64,000 nucleotides of DNA. Source: Podarcis cretensis. Lineage: Eukaryota. Location of the stretch: NCBI GenBank assembly GCA_951804945.1, contig OX638159.1, forward strand, positions 48,546,001-48,610,000, given 5' to 3'. Shown piece after piece: positions 1 to 12,188 of this stretch; positions within the stretch are counted from its first letter, which is position 1, and each line of letters begins with the position of its first letter. The translations under genes and the position numbers were made by a program. The notes under the pieces were generated by a model. It made no database searches and was not told the DNA's origin. It saw nothing but the letters and a program-made list of their open reading frames with translations.

Positions 1-314
1 TTTCAAAGGCAGTAGCCTTTGTGCCACCTCCTCTATTGGTGTGCTAAGGGAGAAAGGCTTAAGGTCTCCCAAGACCTTACTCACTCAGCTTAAAAGGGAA
101 CAAGACAGCACATTTGCAAGGTAAGCAAAAGACCTTCCTTTCCAATGCAGCACCATGGTGTGTGGGTGGGTGTGCGCGTGCATGTGATTTCTTTCTGCAA
201 ACTTTGGCTATGCCCAACATGGACATACCACCCTCAAGGGGTTGGCCTACAATTGATGTGGCCTTCAAGACAGAAAGGGTTAAGCAGACTTTCACTTAAA
301 CAACTACAACATAC

Positions 315-404
315 CACTAGTGCTGCATCAGTTTCTGTATTTTCTTCCAAATAATCTAACAGTGCCTTTTGCAGTTGCTGGATTTCATCATCCCCTCCTG
401 AGAC
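315..404 (-). CDS. NIPBL: NIPBL exon 25
   Basis: VSGGDDEIQQLQKALLDYLEENTETDAALV; 90 nt; donor GTATGT. Confidence 0.96.
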
Positions 405-973
405 CTGTAATACACAATATATTTTAAATAAAATTCACACCCTTTCCAATATCAGAACACACTAACTTGGATCAATTTGATCTAAACACACTTTAATGTA
501 AACAAATTACAAAACACCCTGGGAGCATCAATATGTCACACACAACATGTTAACACACAACAAAAATAAAAGGTATCAAACAAAGTCGTCATACGCACAA
601 TCAATTAGTAGTAAGTGTGTGAAACACCATCTCCCAGCAAACCTGTTGGGCTGCTTCTTCTGCAGCAAATTTTTATTTTGCCATGAAATTAAATGTTGTC
701 TCTTCCCCCTCACCCTCCACCTCCCACATCACCCCAGCTAACAGCTGAATGCTCCCAGAGGCAACTGCCACAGACTTATATTTTAAGGGTAAACTAATCA
801 AAATGAGAGGTCAAAAGCACTCTTGATTTTTGAGAGTAACACAAAGAAGAAATCTCACAATGCTATTTTTTCTCATTAGTGTTTTGTATGGGATGTTACT
901 CCAAATATTTTATGGACACTAATCTCTACACTGAAACCTGCCTTAAAATAATCAACAATAACTTCACTCAAAC

Positions 974-1117
974 CTGTTTTAAAATTCGAGCTATAGATCC
1001 TTGATCCATTTTGCTAGTGACTGCATCTTTCCGCAGCCGTGCTGCTACGGTACCAAGATAGTCGAGAGATGCCACCCTCAAAGCCATCTCTGTAGATTTA
1101 TTACTAAATTGATGGAC
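974..1117 (-). CDS. NIPBL: NIPBL exon 24
   Basis: VHQFSNKSTEMALRVASLDYLGTVAARLRKDAVTSKMDQGSIARILKQ; 144 nt. Confidence 0.97.
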
Positions 1118-1702
1118 CTAAGAAAACGAAAGAAAAAAATATATAAACTTCATTTTTATTCCCCTCACATTTCAAGACAATATTGCTTGATCCTCTCCTA
1201 CAATAATGGGAAGAGTTCAGTAACATTATTTAGCATTTCACATATAATTCAGGCCACTTCATATCAAAAGCCTGAACTTCCCCATCCTCTCTCCATTTGT
1301 AAGAAAATTTCTTCTGCTTCTCATTTAGCATATATTTACAGTTGACCAACATTAACTCAAGGATACTTCAAACACAGCTTTTGAAATCTGGAGTCCATTT
1401 CTGTAACCATGTTTAACACTGGTGAGACTTAACATGGAACAGTGATAATAGAGAAGGAGGGAGAAAAATTCAAAGTCTAAAAGAAGAAATGGTAGGAAAA
1501 GGAGTGAAATTGCCTGTTCTTCATCCCTCATCCTAGTTAAGGATCACTCTTATATTAAGTCTACACCAGCTCAAAGCACATTGCACTGCATGCAACACGC
1601 AGATTCAGTACAATAAGACTATTTTCACAACTTACATCAAAATAAGCAAGCCATTATTAAAAGTGAAGCAGAATTATTGCTTCAAAAATCCAAGCATCTT
1701 AC

Positions 1703-1835
1703 CAACAGTCTTCCCAATAGACTAAGTAGTAACTCCGCAGCTGGCCACTCTGGTTTGTTGACCGTGGAAAGGAGATCCTGAACAAAGTTCTCAAAGAGTG
1801 GCCTATAATCTTCTTCCCCTTGCTTGCTACCACAT
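1703..1835 (-). CDS. NIPBL: NIPBL exon 23
   Basis: CGSKQGEEDYRPLFENFVQDLLSTVNKPEWPAAELLLSLLGRLL; 133 nt. Confidence 0.97.
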
Positions 1836-2126
1836 CTGTTTGAAGAAAGCAATGAAAAGGGGAAAATAAGACATAGTGAATTCACCTTTCAATCAATCCT
1901 AGATTTTTCTTTTACATTTTAAGTGAGAATTTTCTGGCACTATATATATAATCATAAATGTGGAACAATATAACAGTAGCAAGCCTGATAATCATATCGG
2001 GGAAAAGAAGTATGCCTTAACATCCTTTTGATGCCAGGTTAATGAGCGCTAAATATAAAAGCACTCACACATTTTTGCCTCCCCGGAACAAGCCCCTCCC
2101 AGTTTCACCATGGACAAGCTCATAAA

Positions 2127-2812
2127 TGTCAAGAGTTATCCGGAATTGAGGGAGGGACAAAGGTAAGAGAAACTACGAGGGAAGGGTTGTTTATGATGCA
2201 GAAGTGTCTGCATGTAGTCCTAGAAAATAGATTATTGCCACTGAATGCCAGCCACTGAATGAGTGTTTTGGATTGATTCTGAATGCCTCTGGACATTTTG
2301 AGAAGGAAAGTCCCAATGTTCCTTTCTCTGTGTAGGCAGATATCCAGACTGTGATAACTGTCCAACAGATCTGACATTGGAGCATTTGATGACAGGGATG
2401 CTGAGGGAACTGCAGCCCTGATGGAAAGTACGATGATGATGAATGAAACAGGGATGTGTTCTGCTTTGTATGCTAGAGGAATGCAAAACTTGATCTACTA
2501 AGCAATGGTGGAAGTAGATACTTCTTTCACCAGGGAGGGTGGAAGGAAACAAAAAGGCTATAAAATTTTCTGAACAATGATGTGTGTTAAGATGTCTATT
2601 TTGAGAGCTCTGAACACAACCAATTTATGCCATAGGTCTTTGGTAGAGTGGGATAATTCCTGATATTCTCCAGGGAGAAAGAAAGAATTATAGAATTGTA
2701 AGAGTTTAATAAGGGAGGTAAGGGTAATATTTAGCATGATCCCTGCCTCTTGAGCAAGTGGAAGGAGACAAAGCCCTGCATGGACAGCAACACAGAAATA
2801 AAACTTATAACA
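2127..2812 (-). mobile_element. Possible solo LTR
   Basis: TG...CA ends with imperfect terminal inverted repeats (TGTCAAGAGTT / AACTTATAACA); no clean TSD. Confidence 0.3.
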
Positions 2813-2836
2813 GATGAACAGTTGAATTCTACTCAC

Positions 2837-2919
2837 TTCTTGAGAAAAATGGAAAGGAAGTTTTGTGCTGTTCTCATGGCTGTTTCATATGAGTTTGTAA
2901 TGAGGACATCCTGGTCCAC
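2837..2919 (-). CDS. NIPBL: NIPBL exon 22
   Basis: VDQDVLITNSYETAMRTAQNFLSIFLK; 83 nt. Confidence 0.97.
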
Positions 2920-3056
2920 CTGAAAATGAACACAGCGCCTGCTTACTGAATGTGTGTTGTGATTTATGCAACAGCAAGTATAATACATACGTTTCTCAAC
3001 TATGAACAAGGAGATGCAACCCTGCAATCACTTTTGAGTAATGAACATGAACAATA

Positions 3057-3412
3057 CCGTATTTACTTGAACCTAACGCTCACCTTTTTTGGACAAATTA
3101 CACTGTGAAAATTAAGGTGCACATTAGATTTGATGGCACATTTACCATATTGGCCTGAATATAAGCCACACCCGAATATAAGCTGCACTACGCGCGAGGC
3201 GGGCGCTGTTTGCCCTGCGCTCCTGGCTGCATACTGCAGGTTGCGAATCTAAGCTGCACCTTAACTTTTCATGGTTGGAATTTGGGGGGAAAGTGAAGCT
3301 TAAATTCAGGCCAATACAGTACATTCACCAGCAAATACTTTTTTTGGTTTCAATGTTCTGAAAACTGAGGCGCTCATTAGATTCGATGGTGCATTAGACT
3401 CGGTAAATCCGC
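3057..3412. mobile_element. Tc1/mariner-superfamily MITE containing a second nested MITE (3145-3319)
   Basis: Outer termini CCGTATTTAC / GTAAATCCGC; inner TIRs CCATATTGGCCTGAATATAAGC / GCTTAAATTCAGGCCAATACAG; TA flanks on both elements. Confidence 0.75.
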
Positions 3413-3784
3413 TACTTCATTATCTTAAAAACAAAATATAATTCACTCAGCCAACGAACAATGTCATCAAATAGCTCAACCTCAGTTAACACAGTTAGTT
3501 GAATATTCATTTCTCACAGTTCTTTCAGTCTATCTGCTCTGTTGCCCAGGTTCACTTTTCTTCCTCTCTGATATATTGTGTTTACTTGCTTCCTCTCTCT
3601 TCAGTGCCTTTTCAACTTCTCCTTCAAGTGTCACCAACTGAGATTTCCCCCTTTGCTCTTTCCCCACATTCCATGCCCGACCCATCACTGGCCCAGCATT
3701 CCATGAATTCATGATGATAACGGTAAGAACTATATGAACATATGCTAAATACATATATCTTCATAAATCTAAAGCATTTTTCAC

Positions 3785-3923
3785 CTTCTTATTTGACTCC
3801 TCTTCAGAATTAGAGTCCTTCTCGCCTGATGGTAGATGCACAACACACTGAATTAGTTGTAGCACCAGTGCAGTCACCATTTGAATATACATAGGTTCAC
3901 CATCAGTGTCACTGCTGTTCAGT
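3785..3923 (-). CDS. NIPBL: NIPBL exon 21
   Basis: LNSSDTDGEPMYIQMVTALVLQLIQCVVHLPSGEKDSNSEEESNKK; 139 nt. Confidence 0.96.
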
Positions 3924-4170
3924 CTGTTGAAAAACACAAACCTATTTTACTAACGTTAAAAATGAACCCAGTGGAAAACACTAAAACCCCTGGCATTTTT
4001 TTCAATTGGCTTCAATTATTACAATGATCTCAAATCTTATTCCCACAATAGAGATGTGATTTTGCATTCAAACTAAGCAATAAGCTTCCCCCAAAGAGCA
4101 GTACATTTCTGGAACAAAAGTTGATCCAACAGAAGTGTATCACTTTTCTTTGAAGCTACATGATTTAAGC

Positions 4171-4599
4171 CAGGGGTGGGAACTTTTTTCCTCTACAGCC
4201 CAGCTTGACTACAAGCAAGGTTGTAGAGGAAGACCCCTGACAAAAGCAGGACTTGGAGTTGATGCTGAATTCAAGCCCCAATTTCAGCATGCATCAACTG
4301 CATGTGAAAGCTTTGAATCAGGAACCCCAGTGGAGATTGCAGTCATCACCCTTGAGCTATGACAGCAACCCACACCTTCAGAAGGGATCAGCAGCTCCCA
4401 AGTGCTATGGAACAACTGGGAGTGCTCTTCAAGGCTTTTGGTTGTTCCTTTGCAGTAATGTCTTTACCTGTCCTAAACCTAATACTGGGTGTAGATACAG
4501 ATTGACAGGAGGTGTATGGCATGGGGAAAACAGCCTTGTAGGCCAAACTAGACCTGCTGGGTCTAATTTGGTCAGCAGGCCAAACTTTCCCCATGCCTG
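4171..4599. mobile_element. hAT (Charlie-like) MITE
   Basis: CAGGGGTGGGAA...TTCCCCATGCCTG termini; 8-bp TSD ATTTAAGC. Confidence 0.82.
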
Positions 4600-5168
4600 A
4601 TTTAAGCATTCCCGCCTCACACTCATACATCTCCTTCCTTCAATGTTATCCCACCCTTCTTTTATAGCATTCAGAATGGCATGCTTTGCATGGCTTGATC
4701 CTATGCTATGCTCCACCCCTCTTTTATCATCTCATCAAATCTGTGATGTACATTGGGCTGTAATAGTAGCTAGTGCAGGTCACCCAGGAAGTTTCATGGT
4801 GGAGTGGGGATTGGAATAGATGCTTGCCTAGTCTTAGTCCACTAAACCTCACTGGCATTTCGTTAACCAATATTCAGTTAAGCCATATTAACAAAAAAAT
4901 GAAAAAAATCAAGCAAAAAGTAGGGGATGGTAGGAGTTTTCCCTCATCTGACATTTGATGTGTTTTCTACTCTCCCAACAGCCACAAACCTTGTATGCAA
5001 AATCTGAAATTGCACCTTAGATTCAAATCCCAACCCTGCAATTATGAAGACATAGTTTGGCTTAGCATGCCCCTTGAAGCAGGCAGTTAACAATAAAATG
5101 TCTTTAAAAATCCAGACTTCTTCAAAAGATGGGAGGAGAGGGAGAGAGAAATTAGCACTGTACATTAC

Positions 5169-5269
5169 CTGAAGTTCCTCAGACTTCTTTTGCTGGTTGG
5201 TAACCTTGCAAGTGAAGTGAAAATTTCTTCTAATATCAACTGCCTATGCTTTTCATATCTTGAGAAGAC
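5169..5269 (-). CDS. NIPBL: NIPBL exon 20
   Basis: VFSRYEKHRQLILEEIFTSLARLPTSKRSLRNF; 101 nt. Confidence 0.97.
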
Positions 5270-5596
5270 CTGAAAAAAGTTCATTATGGTTATTATATGT
5301 ATTTTATTTCCTGTTTATTTTGCTGTCCAAAATACAAAACATATTACAAACACACATACACACTTATTAAAACATAAAGTTATTTTCCTATTACCAATCA
5401 ATATCTATAGCCAAGAGGTATGAATCCAGAAAAGTGGTATTAATGTAAATGTATTAAATGGTTTAAAATTATTTTGGAAAAGGTACTACTAACATTAGTT
5501 TAAAATACCAACTCAAATTGTTTTCTAAGTAAACTTTCAAACCTAGTGAGGCTCACCAAGTTGTTCACACACTGAGCCATCAGGCTGGACTAATCA

Positions 5597-6025
5597 CCGT
5601 ACTTTTTCGTGAATAAGACAAGGTTTTTTTACTCTAAAATAATGTTAAAAATCTGGGGTCGTCTTATACATGCATAGTGCAGAGGGGAGATGGGCTATTG
5701 GTTGCAGCCACGAGCAGGAGCTTGTCAACGGCGATTTGGTGGGTGACTGGTGGCTGCGGCAAGGGCTGCTGTGGATGGGCTGTCGCTGCGGCAATTGGGC
5801 GTGCGAATGCCGGCTTCTGTCGGCAAGTGAACAGACGCTTTGTGGCTTTGGCGACACTTGCGATTTGTAGCATTTGTAGCATTTGTCAGTCAGGTTAGTG
5901 ATTTTTGGCACTCCCCCCAAAAAAGCTCAGCAACCCTAGGCAATCCCCCCATTTTCTTACATTGGAGTCCCCCAAAATAGAGGTCGTCTTATATATGGGG
6001 GCGTGTTATACATGGAAAAATACAG
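5597..6025. mobile_element. Tc1/mariner-superfamily MITE
   Basis: CCGTACTTTTTCGTGAATAAGAC / GTGTTATACATGGAAAAATACAG-TA; subterminal GTCGTCTTATA repeats. Confidence 0.75.
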
Positions 6026-6575
6026 TAGCTGCTTTAAAGCTGCTGTCCTAATCTACACTGCTTCAAAAGAAATTAAAAATCAGACCAATCTGCATTTGCT
6101 ATAGCAATGAGATTTCTCTCTCAGGGATATCTCCTTGCAGGTTTTCAGCTACTCTCAGCATGCCCCAAATCAAGTTAGTGTCCCATCATAGACACATCAG
6201 ACATGGTCTCAGTAACATAATTCCTTAACCCTTGCCTACTATCAAAGTAATAGATTTGTTTGATCGGCAGTGCTCCTGCCATCATATCCTTCCTTGTAAC
6301 AATTAAGGTAAATAATGGCATGAAAGATCAGTGGCGTTGTTATACTTTTCTCACAAACCAGCAGCAATCTGGGTTATGAGGCAAAGCTTATTGAGAAGTA
6401 GTTCAGTGGGGAAAAGAACCTGTTGCCAGGCAAAGTTAGAAGTGAGGGCATGATCAGGACCAGATTAAGTAATTCATGAAAGCCACCCCCCACAAAGGTT
6501 CCTTTAAAAACCAACAACACCACAAGAAGTCATTCATTTCTGTACAATTAAATATTGGTTAAAAGGTGTGCTTAC

Positions 6576-6656
6576 TGCAGTGACAAGTTTGATGGCGCAT
6601 AACTGAAGTTCACTGACATTTTCTACAAAAAAAGGTGTTATCCCCATTGAAGAAAC
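6576..6656 (-). CDS. NIPBL: NIPBL exon 19
   Basis: VSSMGITPFFVENVSELQLCAIKLVTA; 81 nt. Confidence 0.97.
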
Positions 6657-7088
6657 CTATTAACAGAAAAGGAAATATATACATAAATTCTCATAATGCT
6701 TGAAAAACGAAAATAAAATCTTTTCAACAGAAAAAGACCTCTGATCATCATCTTTTTAATTGTGTTCTCCAATTCCCATACTAGTCGCAGTAGCATACAA
6801 CAGGGATGAAAAGGACCTCAGATTTAAGACAGAAAAACACATTTGTTTTCCTTGGGTATTTTGTAGTTATTGTTCTTCAAAGATTCATATATTTTCCATA
6901 TAATATATATTCATAACTGACTGTCCAAGTTGCCTTATAAAATAATTTTTAAAATCTAGTAGCTTAAATTTAAGAAGTTTCATCATTACTGCTTGTAAAA
7001 GAAAAAAAATATCCACTGGAGAAGAACTTTAGACCTGTGTGTGTGCAGAAGGGGGAAGAGAAATCTGGATAAAATGGATCAAACTTAC

Positions 7089-7240
7089 CTGAAGAATAGT
7101 GGTGTCAGTAAGAAGCTGTATCTCCAACAGTTCAGCCAAACTGCTAACAATATCACAAATTTTGTTGTATAACATCACGATTACTCTTTGCTTATGGGTA
7201 GAACACTTGGCACGCTTTGCTTTTGAGCTTAATACACCAC
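7089..7240 (-). CDS. NIPBL: NIPBL exon 18
   Basis: GGVLSSKAKRAKCSTHKQRVIVMLYNKICDIVSSLAELLEIQLLTDTTILQ; 152 nt. Confidence 0.97.
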
Positions 7241-7349
7241 CTAGTAAATTTTAAAACAAGACACATTTTTTAGAAATTTAGCACCGTATTAGATATAAAG
7301 CTGCTCCTCACCAAGCTCATATATTTCTCTTATCTCCCAAGATGAAATA

Positions 7350-7580
7350 CAGTGGTACCTCGGGTTACAAACACCTCAGGTTACAAACACTTCGGGTTAC
7401 AAACTCTGCTAACCCAGAAGTAGTACCTTAGGTTAAGAACTTTGCCCCAGGATGAGAACAAAAATCACGTATCCGCAGTGCGAAGCCCCATTAGCTAAAG
7501 TGGTACCTCAGGTTAAGAACAGTTTCAGGTTAAGAATGGACCTCCGGAACAAATTAAGTTCGTAACCAGAGGTACCACTG
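7350..7580. mobile_element. Tigger/pogo-like MITE
   Basis: TA-CAGTGGTACCTC...GAGGTACCACTG-TA; internal AGGTTA repeats. Confidence 0.87.
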
Positions 7581-7984
7581 TATAGTCAACCAAGTTGACT
7601 ATAATAAATCAAGTTGATTATATGTATTGTATGTATGAGAGGAAAGAGACCTTCTGAAGGGAACACTTAATGAAGCTTTTACACCATTAAGTATGCAAAT
7701 TAAATTTACTCAAATCAATTATGACAGGACACCAAATAATTTCAGACTATTCAGATCCCAACAGGATTTTCCCAGTCAACATTTTCAGGGAAAATGCAAC
7801 TTATACTTTAAGTTGCAGCTGGCACAGATAGCAATGGGAACCCTCTAAAGCACAAGCCAGTATTTTGAAAAATACAAGAAGAGCATCATGAAAAAGAAAA
7901 GAGACTGCTGTGATGTGCTTTGCATGGGTCTATCAACAGCTATATATTGATAGACCATCTAGCTGGAATGTCTACACAGTTGGA

Positions 7985-8158
7985 AGCAATAGGCTTCTCA
8001 GTACCAGTTGCTGGAAACCACAGGAGGAGATAGTGGTATTGTGTTCAGATTCTGCTTGTGAGCTTCCTATGGGCATCTGATTGGTAACTCTGAGCAGAGG
8101 ATGCTGGACGAGATGAACCACTGGTCTGTTCCAGCAAGGCCATTCATATGTTCTTATG
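7985..8158 (+). mobile_element. CR1 3'UTR remnant
   Basis: gcatctgattggtaactctgag...ccagcaaggcc...tatgttcttatg tail. Confidence 0.65.
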
Positions 8159-8496
8159 GGGCTGTCCTTTCAATTGCTCCAAAATGAGCTGCCAGGTAGT
8201 CAATCAAATTGTTTTACACTTGTCTGAGCTTCACTTGTTGCCAGTCTCAATTCAAGGTATTGATAGTGACCTTTAAAACTCCAAGCAATCTGGGACCAGA
8301 ATATCAACAGTTCCCTTTTTTCCATTACACCACATATACTTGGCAGTATTAATTTATTTTAGCAGATCTCTCTCTATATTTTTAAATTTGTTGTTGGCAG
8401 ACACTCTGGGCACACCAGTGGTGGAACAGAAAGGCGGGATATCAATACTGTAAACAAAATATATCTAAGTAAATTTGAGAAGGCTTACTTTACATT

Positions 8497-8570
8497 AGAG
8501 TGTTTGGGGAAACCCAGCCAGATGGGCGGAGTATAAAGGAGGAGGAGGAGGAGGAAGGAGGAGGAGATGA
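8497..8570 (+). mobile_element. L2 3' terminus with (GGA)n tail
   Basis: ggggaaacccagccagatgggcgg matches the 3' end of the 49249 L2. Confidence 0.7.
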
Positions 8571-8645
8571 TGATTTTGGATCTGCCTGTATATTCTCTAC
8601 AATAGTATGATTTCAAAAAGCAAGAAATATATCTGTTATACTAAC

Positions 8646-8877
8646 CACCATGAGGGTCCAATCGGTAAACAGGATCATACTGAGGATAAAGTGTGTTCTG
8701 TAAGTGAAATTTAGTGTATTGAATAACTCTTTCTATTACATCTTCAATATATACAGCTTTGGGCATGTTGGGTGATGTCATAATGTTGATAGCTGTAAGA
8801 CAGGCATCTGCAGATTTTGTGACTCTCTCCATGATCAAGTCTCTCCATAATCTTTCCTCATCTTCAGTGTCGTTATT
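8646..8877 (-). CDS. NIPBL: NIPBL exon 17
   Basis: NNDTEDEERLWRDLIMERVTKSADACLTAINIMTSPNMPKAVYIEDVIERVIQYTKFHLQNTLYPQYDPVYRLDPHG; 232 nt. Confidence 0.97.
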
Positions 8878-9600
8878 CTGCAGAAAAATTCAGAGTGCTA
8901 AGTTTAAAAGAAAACATTTTTAAAAAGCAATCAGAGAAAATAAATGTGAGCAAAGTTTACGCAGAAATAGTTAATATATCAATATGAAAAAGTTTAGTGA
9001 TTACTCGTATTTTAAAACCTCCTAATAGCCAAATACAAACCAGGAATCTCTGTGATATATTGCACAATGCTACAATCTCAGAAAAACTCTTCCTGAAGTA
9101 CAGTTGCCAACTTTTTCACCAGCTGTGCTCTTGCATCTAATCAGCCAGGGATTTTTTTCTGGTTAGTAACCGTCACCCAAAATGACCCTGCAGAATGACA
9201 ACAGTGAGTGAGGCTCACACTGTTCATGGCAGTATTGGAGCCTTACTCAGTATTTCTTCACCCATTGAGATGAACTCTTATAGAGCATCATTTCTGATTT
9301 AAAAAATTCTGCTCTTTTCCATCTTCTGTTAACCAAGTAGGAAACCATGTCAGGAAGGAAGAAGCAACACAAAAACAGGGAAAAGTCACTCTGGAAGAGC
9401 TCCTGTTCCAACTAAGGAATCTGAATTTCCAATGCAAGAGCATTCAGCTATTTCCAGTAACAGGAAAGTAAGAGCATTAACTCTCTCTCAAAGTGGAAGG
9501 TAAACAAGTCACTCTAAAGTCTAATTCTGTGGAATTTAGCATAATGTGGATAAGGCATTATATAGAGGTCACAGCACTTTGCTACAGTATTCCTTTAGGC

Positions 9601-9786
9601 CAGGGGTTGTCAACCTGGTCCCTGCTGCCCACAAGTGGGCGTTTCAGGATTCTAGGTGGGCGGTAGGGGGTTCTACGGCACAAGCTGAATCCTCCTTCCA
9701 CTGAGCACTGGTGGGTGGTAAGGAAATTTTACCATCAAGAAAGATGCATTAGTGGCCGGTAGGTATAAAAAGGCTAACTACCACTG
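9601..9786. mobile_element. hAT MITE
   Basis: TIRs CAGGGGTTGTCAACCT / AGGCTAACTACCACTG; TSD CTTTAGGC / CTCTAGGC. Confidence 0.82.
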
Positions 9787-9993
9787 CTCTAGGCAAACCA
9801 ACAGAAAGAGAAAAAATAGAATGTAGATCTTGACCCAAGTCAGTCACAGAAGTTAGTTACAATAATGGAAAAAGGCCTTTGAGAACAAAAAAACATGCAG
9901 ACATATCACTGATTGAGAAATATAGAGCAATATGCATGTATGTAAATTGTCCATCCCAAGCCTTCAGGTGAGTTTACATTTCAAAATAAAAAT

Positions 9994-10012
9994 TGGACAC
10001 TAGAGGGCAGGC
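9994..10012 (+). promoter_or_regulatory. CTCF-like motif (forward orientation)
   Basis: TGGACACTAGAGGGCAGGC. Confidence 0.45.
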
Positions 10013-10078
10013 ATGTGCCAACTCTAGACTTGAGAGGTCCAGAATTCCTGTTTTCCACAGATGTATGTTTAGACTTTA

Positions 10079-10450
10079 GGGACGCAGGTGGCGCTGTGGG
10101 TTAAAGCCTCAGCGCCTAGGACTTGCCGATCGAAAGGTCGGCGGTTCGAATCCCTGCGGCGGGGTGCGCTCCCGCTGCTCGGTCCCAGTGCCTGCCAACC
10201 TAGCAGTTCGAAAGCACCTCCGGGTGCAAGTAGATAAATAGGGACCGCTTACCAGCGGGAAGGTAAACGGCGTTTCCGTGTGCGGCTCTGGCTCTGGCTC
10301 TGGCCAGAGCAGCGATGTCACGCTGGCCACGTGACCCGGAAGTGTCTCCGGACAGCGCTGGCCCCTGGCCTCTTAAGTGAGATGGGCGCACAACCCCAGA
10401 GTCTGTCAAGACTGGCCCGTACGGGCAGGGGTACCTTTACCTTTACCTTT
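10079..10450 (+). mobile_element. Sauria SINE (Squam1/POM-like), full-length, young
   Basis: tRNA-like head with A/B boxes (GGTTCGAATCC), (ACCTTT)n tail, TSD ATGTTTAGACTTTA at 10065-10078 and 10451-10464; CpG-rich. Confidence 0.93.
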
Positions 10451-11371
10451 ATGTTTAGACTTTACACTTTCAGTGTCAAATTCAAGAAAGGTAGCCCCAG
10501 TCTTCTGCTAGAGTAAATACAAATAGCTCTGGTTAGCATCTGTGATTCCCTCAGTGTGTGCATTGCTAAGTGAGTGAAAGCCTTTTGCACTGCAGCCACC
10601 AACATTAAGAAGGAAGAGTAGAAGAGGTCAGGGAGAAGTAAATGGAATGGAGGGGGGTAGGGAGAAGGAAACAGATTTGAGGCAGAAAAAAGTAACAAAA
10701 TGTGATGCACAGAAGCCTAGGTAATGGGAAGAGAAAGTTGGTGGGGGAAGTAATACATCGGGTACAGAGGGAATACAGAAAAGTATACAGACTGCAGAGA
10801 AAACAGAAAGGTAACAAATGGGATACAAAGGTATTTGGAAATGGGAGCAGAAAGTGGGGAGGCTAGAGAGGAGAATGAAGTTCTATGGTGGTATAAAGAA
10901 AGAGAAAAGTCTCTACTTGGAGAGAGATAATAAACAGCAGTATGGGACATGGAGAAAAGAAAGGTCAAAAAATTAGCTAAAGAGAACACTGGCTAGTTAA
11001 AATTATAACATGATGCTTGTCTTCAGTTAACGTATCAGTGATGTCCTGTTGATAAAATATAAACAAATCCTTTGTGGTTATTTGAGTTGTGCATACCTAG
11101 ACTAGTGGAACCTCTATTTCAATTTAAAGAGGCTCTCTGTAGAAATGACTTCCTAGTAAGTTACTTAGACTAGATATTATTTTCTCTATGTGACATTCTC
11201 AGCTGAGGTTGGTAGCAATGTCACAGTATACTCCATGCCATCTGAACCAGCCTTATTAGGATTCCTCAGGTGCAGTCTCCAGTTCAGAAGGAGAGCTGGA
11301 GAGGCTATTTCTAGCCTCTCAATTAATGTATAAAATAAATACAATGATACTAGCATCATTTAGCAACTTAC

Positions 11372-11458
11372 ATGGTTAAGAAGAGTAGAAAGCTTTGAAC
11401 CATCTTGAATGTTCTTCTCCAATATGTTCAGGACTTTCACTGTTTTTTCTGTTGAAAG
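11372..11458 (-). CDS. NIPBL: NIPBL exon 16
   Basis: LSTEKTVKVLNILEKNIQDGSKLSTLLNH; 87 nt. Confidence 0.96.
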
Positions 11459-12084
11459 CTAAAAACAGAACATTTTATCTACCAATTATCCTTCATGGAT
11501 ATGATAATCTCTATGTCCACCATTTGGACTTATAAACAGAGTAGTGTCTTTCATCCTCAAATTGCGTATCCTTCCTTTCACTTGCCAATTAAAAAAGTAA
11601 TGGCTCCAAATAAAATTGGAAGTAGATCCTAGTTCAGCTCAAGGTTAGGATTTGGAGGGCAGGGACTGTCTCCTAGTGCCCAGACAGAGCTCGGACTAGA
11701 CTGCGGGCAACTCTCACGTTACATTGGGATTACGTTCCAGATAGTGCCTAAAGCCAAAATAATGTATTGTAAAAACCCATGGGGTTCTTGAGTGGGTGGG
11801 CTTCCCAAACGGGTTTTTCCTGGATGCTCACCCCATTTTTGCCATCTTTTTAATTTATTTTAATTTCTTAATTTGCCAAGAGCATAAAGCTGAATGTGTA
11901 TAAGTTGTGAGTTACCAAAACAAATAATAAATGCACACTTGTCTTTTACATTTCGTCCCAAATGCCCTGGAGATTAAAAGAGGTCTCAGGTAACATCTCT
12001 TCCAGATGAAAAATATTTGTTGAAGAATCCCTCTGTGAACAAAAATCTGCTGCATTCTTCATTTTTAAGGCAGCAATAACTTAC

Positions 12085-12188
12085 CCTGTCCATAATGCCC
12101 ATTGCCTTAATTTTAGCAGATTCACTGCCCAATTCACTAAGTTGATGCTTTCCCAATAAAAACTCCTGAGGAATTTCATCATCGTCTC
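12085..12188 (-). CDS. NIPBL: NIPBL exon 15
   Basis: GDDDEIPQEFLLGKHQLSELGSESAKIKAMGIMDR; 104 nt. Confidence 0.96.

Noticed and set aside
3530-3754. Sense-strand 74-aa ORF just downstream of exon 21, suggesting an extended or terminal exon
   Set aside because: Read-through from exon 21 hits TGA after 7 codons and no convincing acceptor precedes the ORF
7350-7580. Short regularly spaced AGGTTA repeats superficially like a CRISPR or telomeric array
   Set aside because: Subterminal repeats of a TA-flanked MITE in a vertebrate genome; no spacers or cas genes
10079-10160. tRNA-like A/B box sequences (also at ~35930, ~53950, ~58930 and ~60650)
   Set aside because: These are SINE heads followed by SINE bodies, tails and mostly TSDs; they are not tRNA genes
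10605-10990. Several overlapping hydrophobic ORFs on the minus strand
   Set aside because: Artefact of a purine/pyrimidine-skewed low-complexity tract
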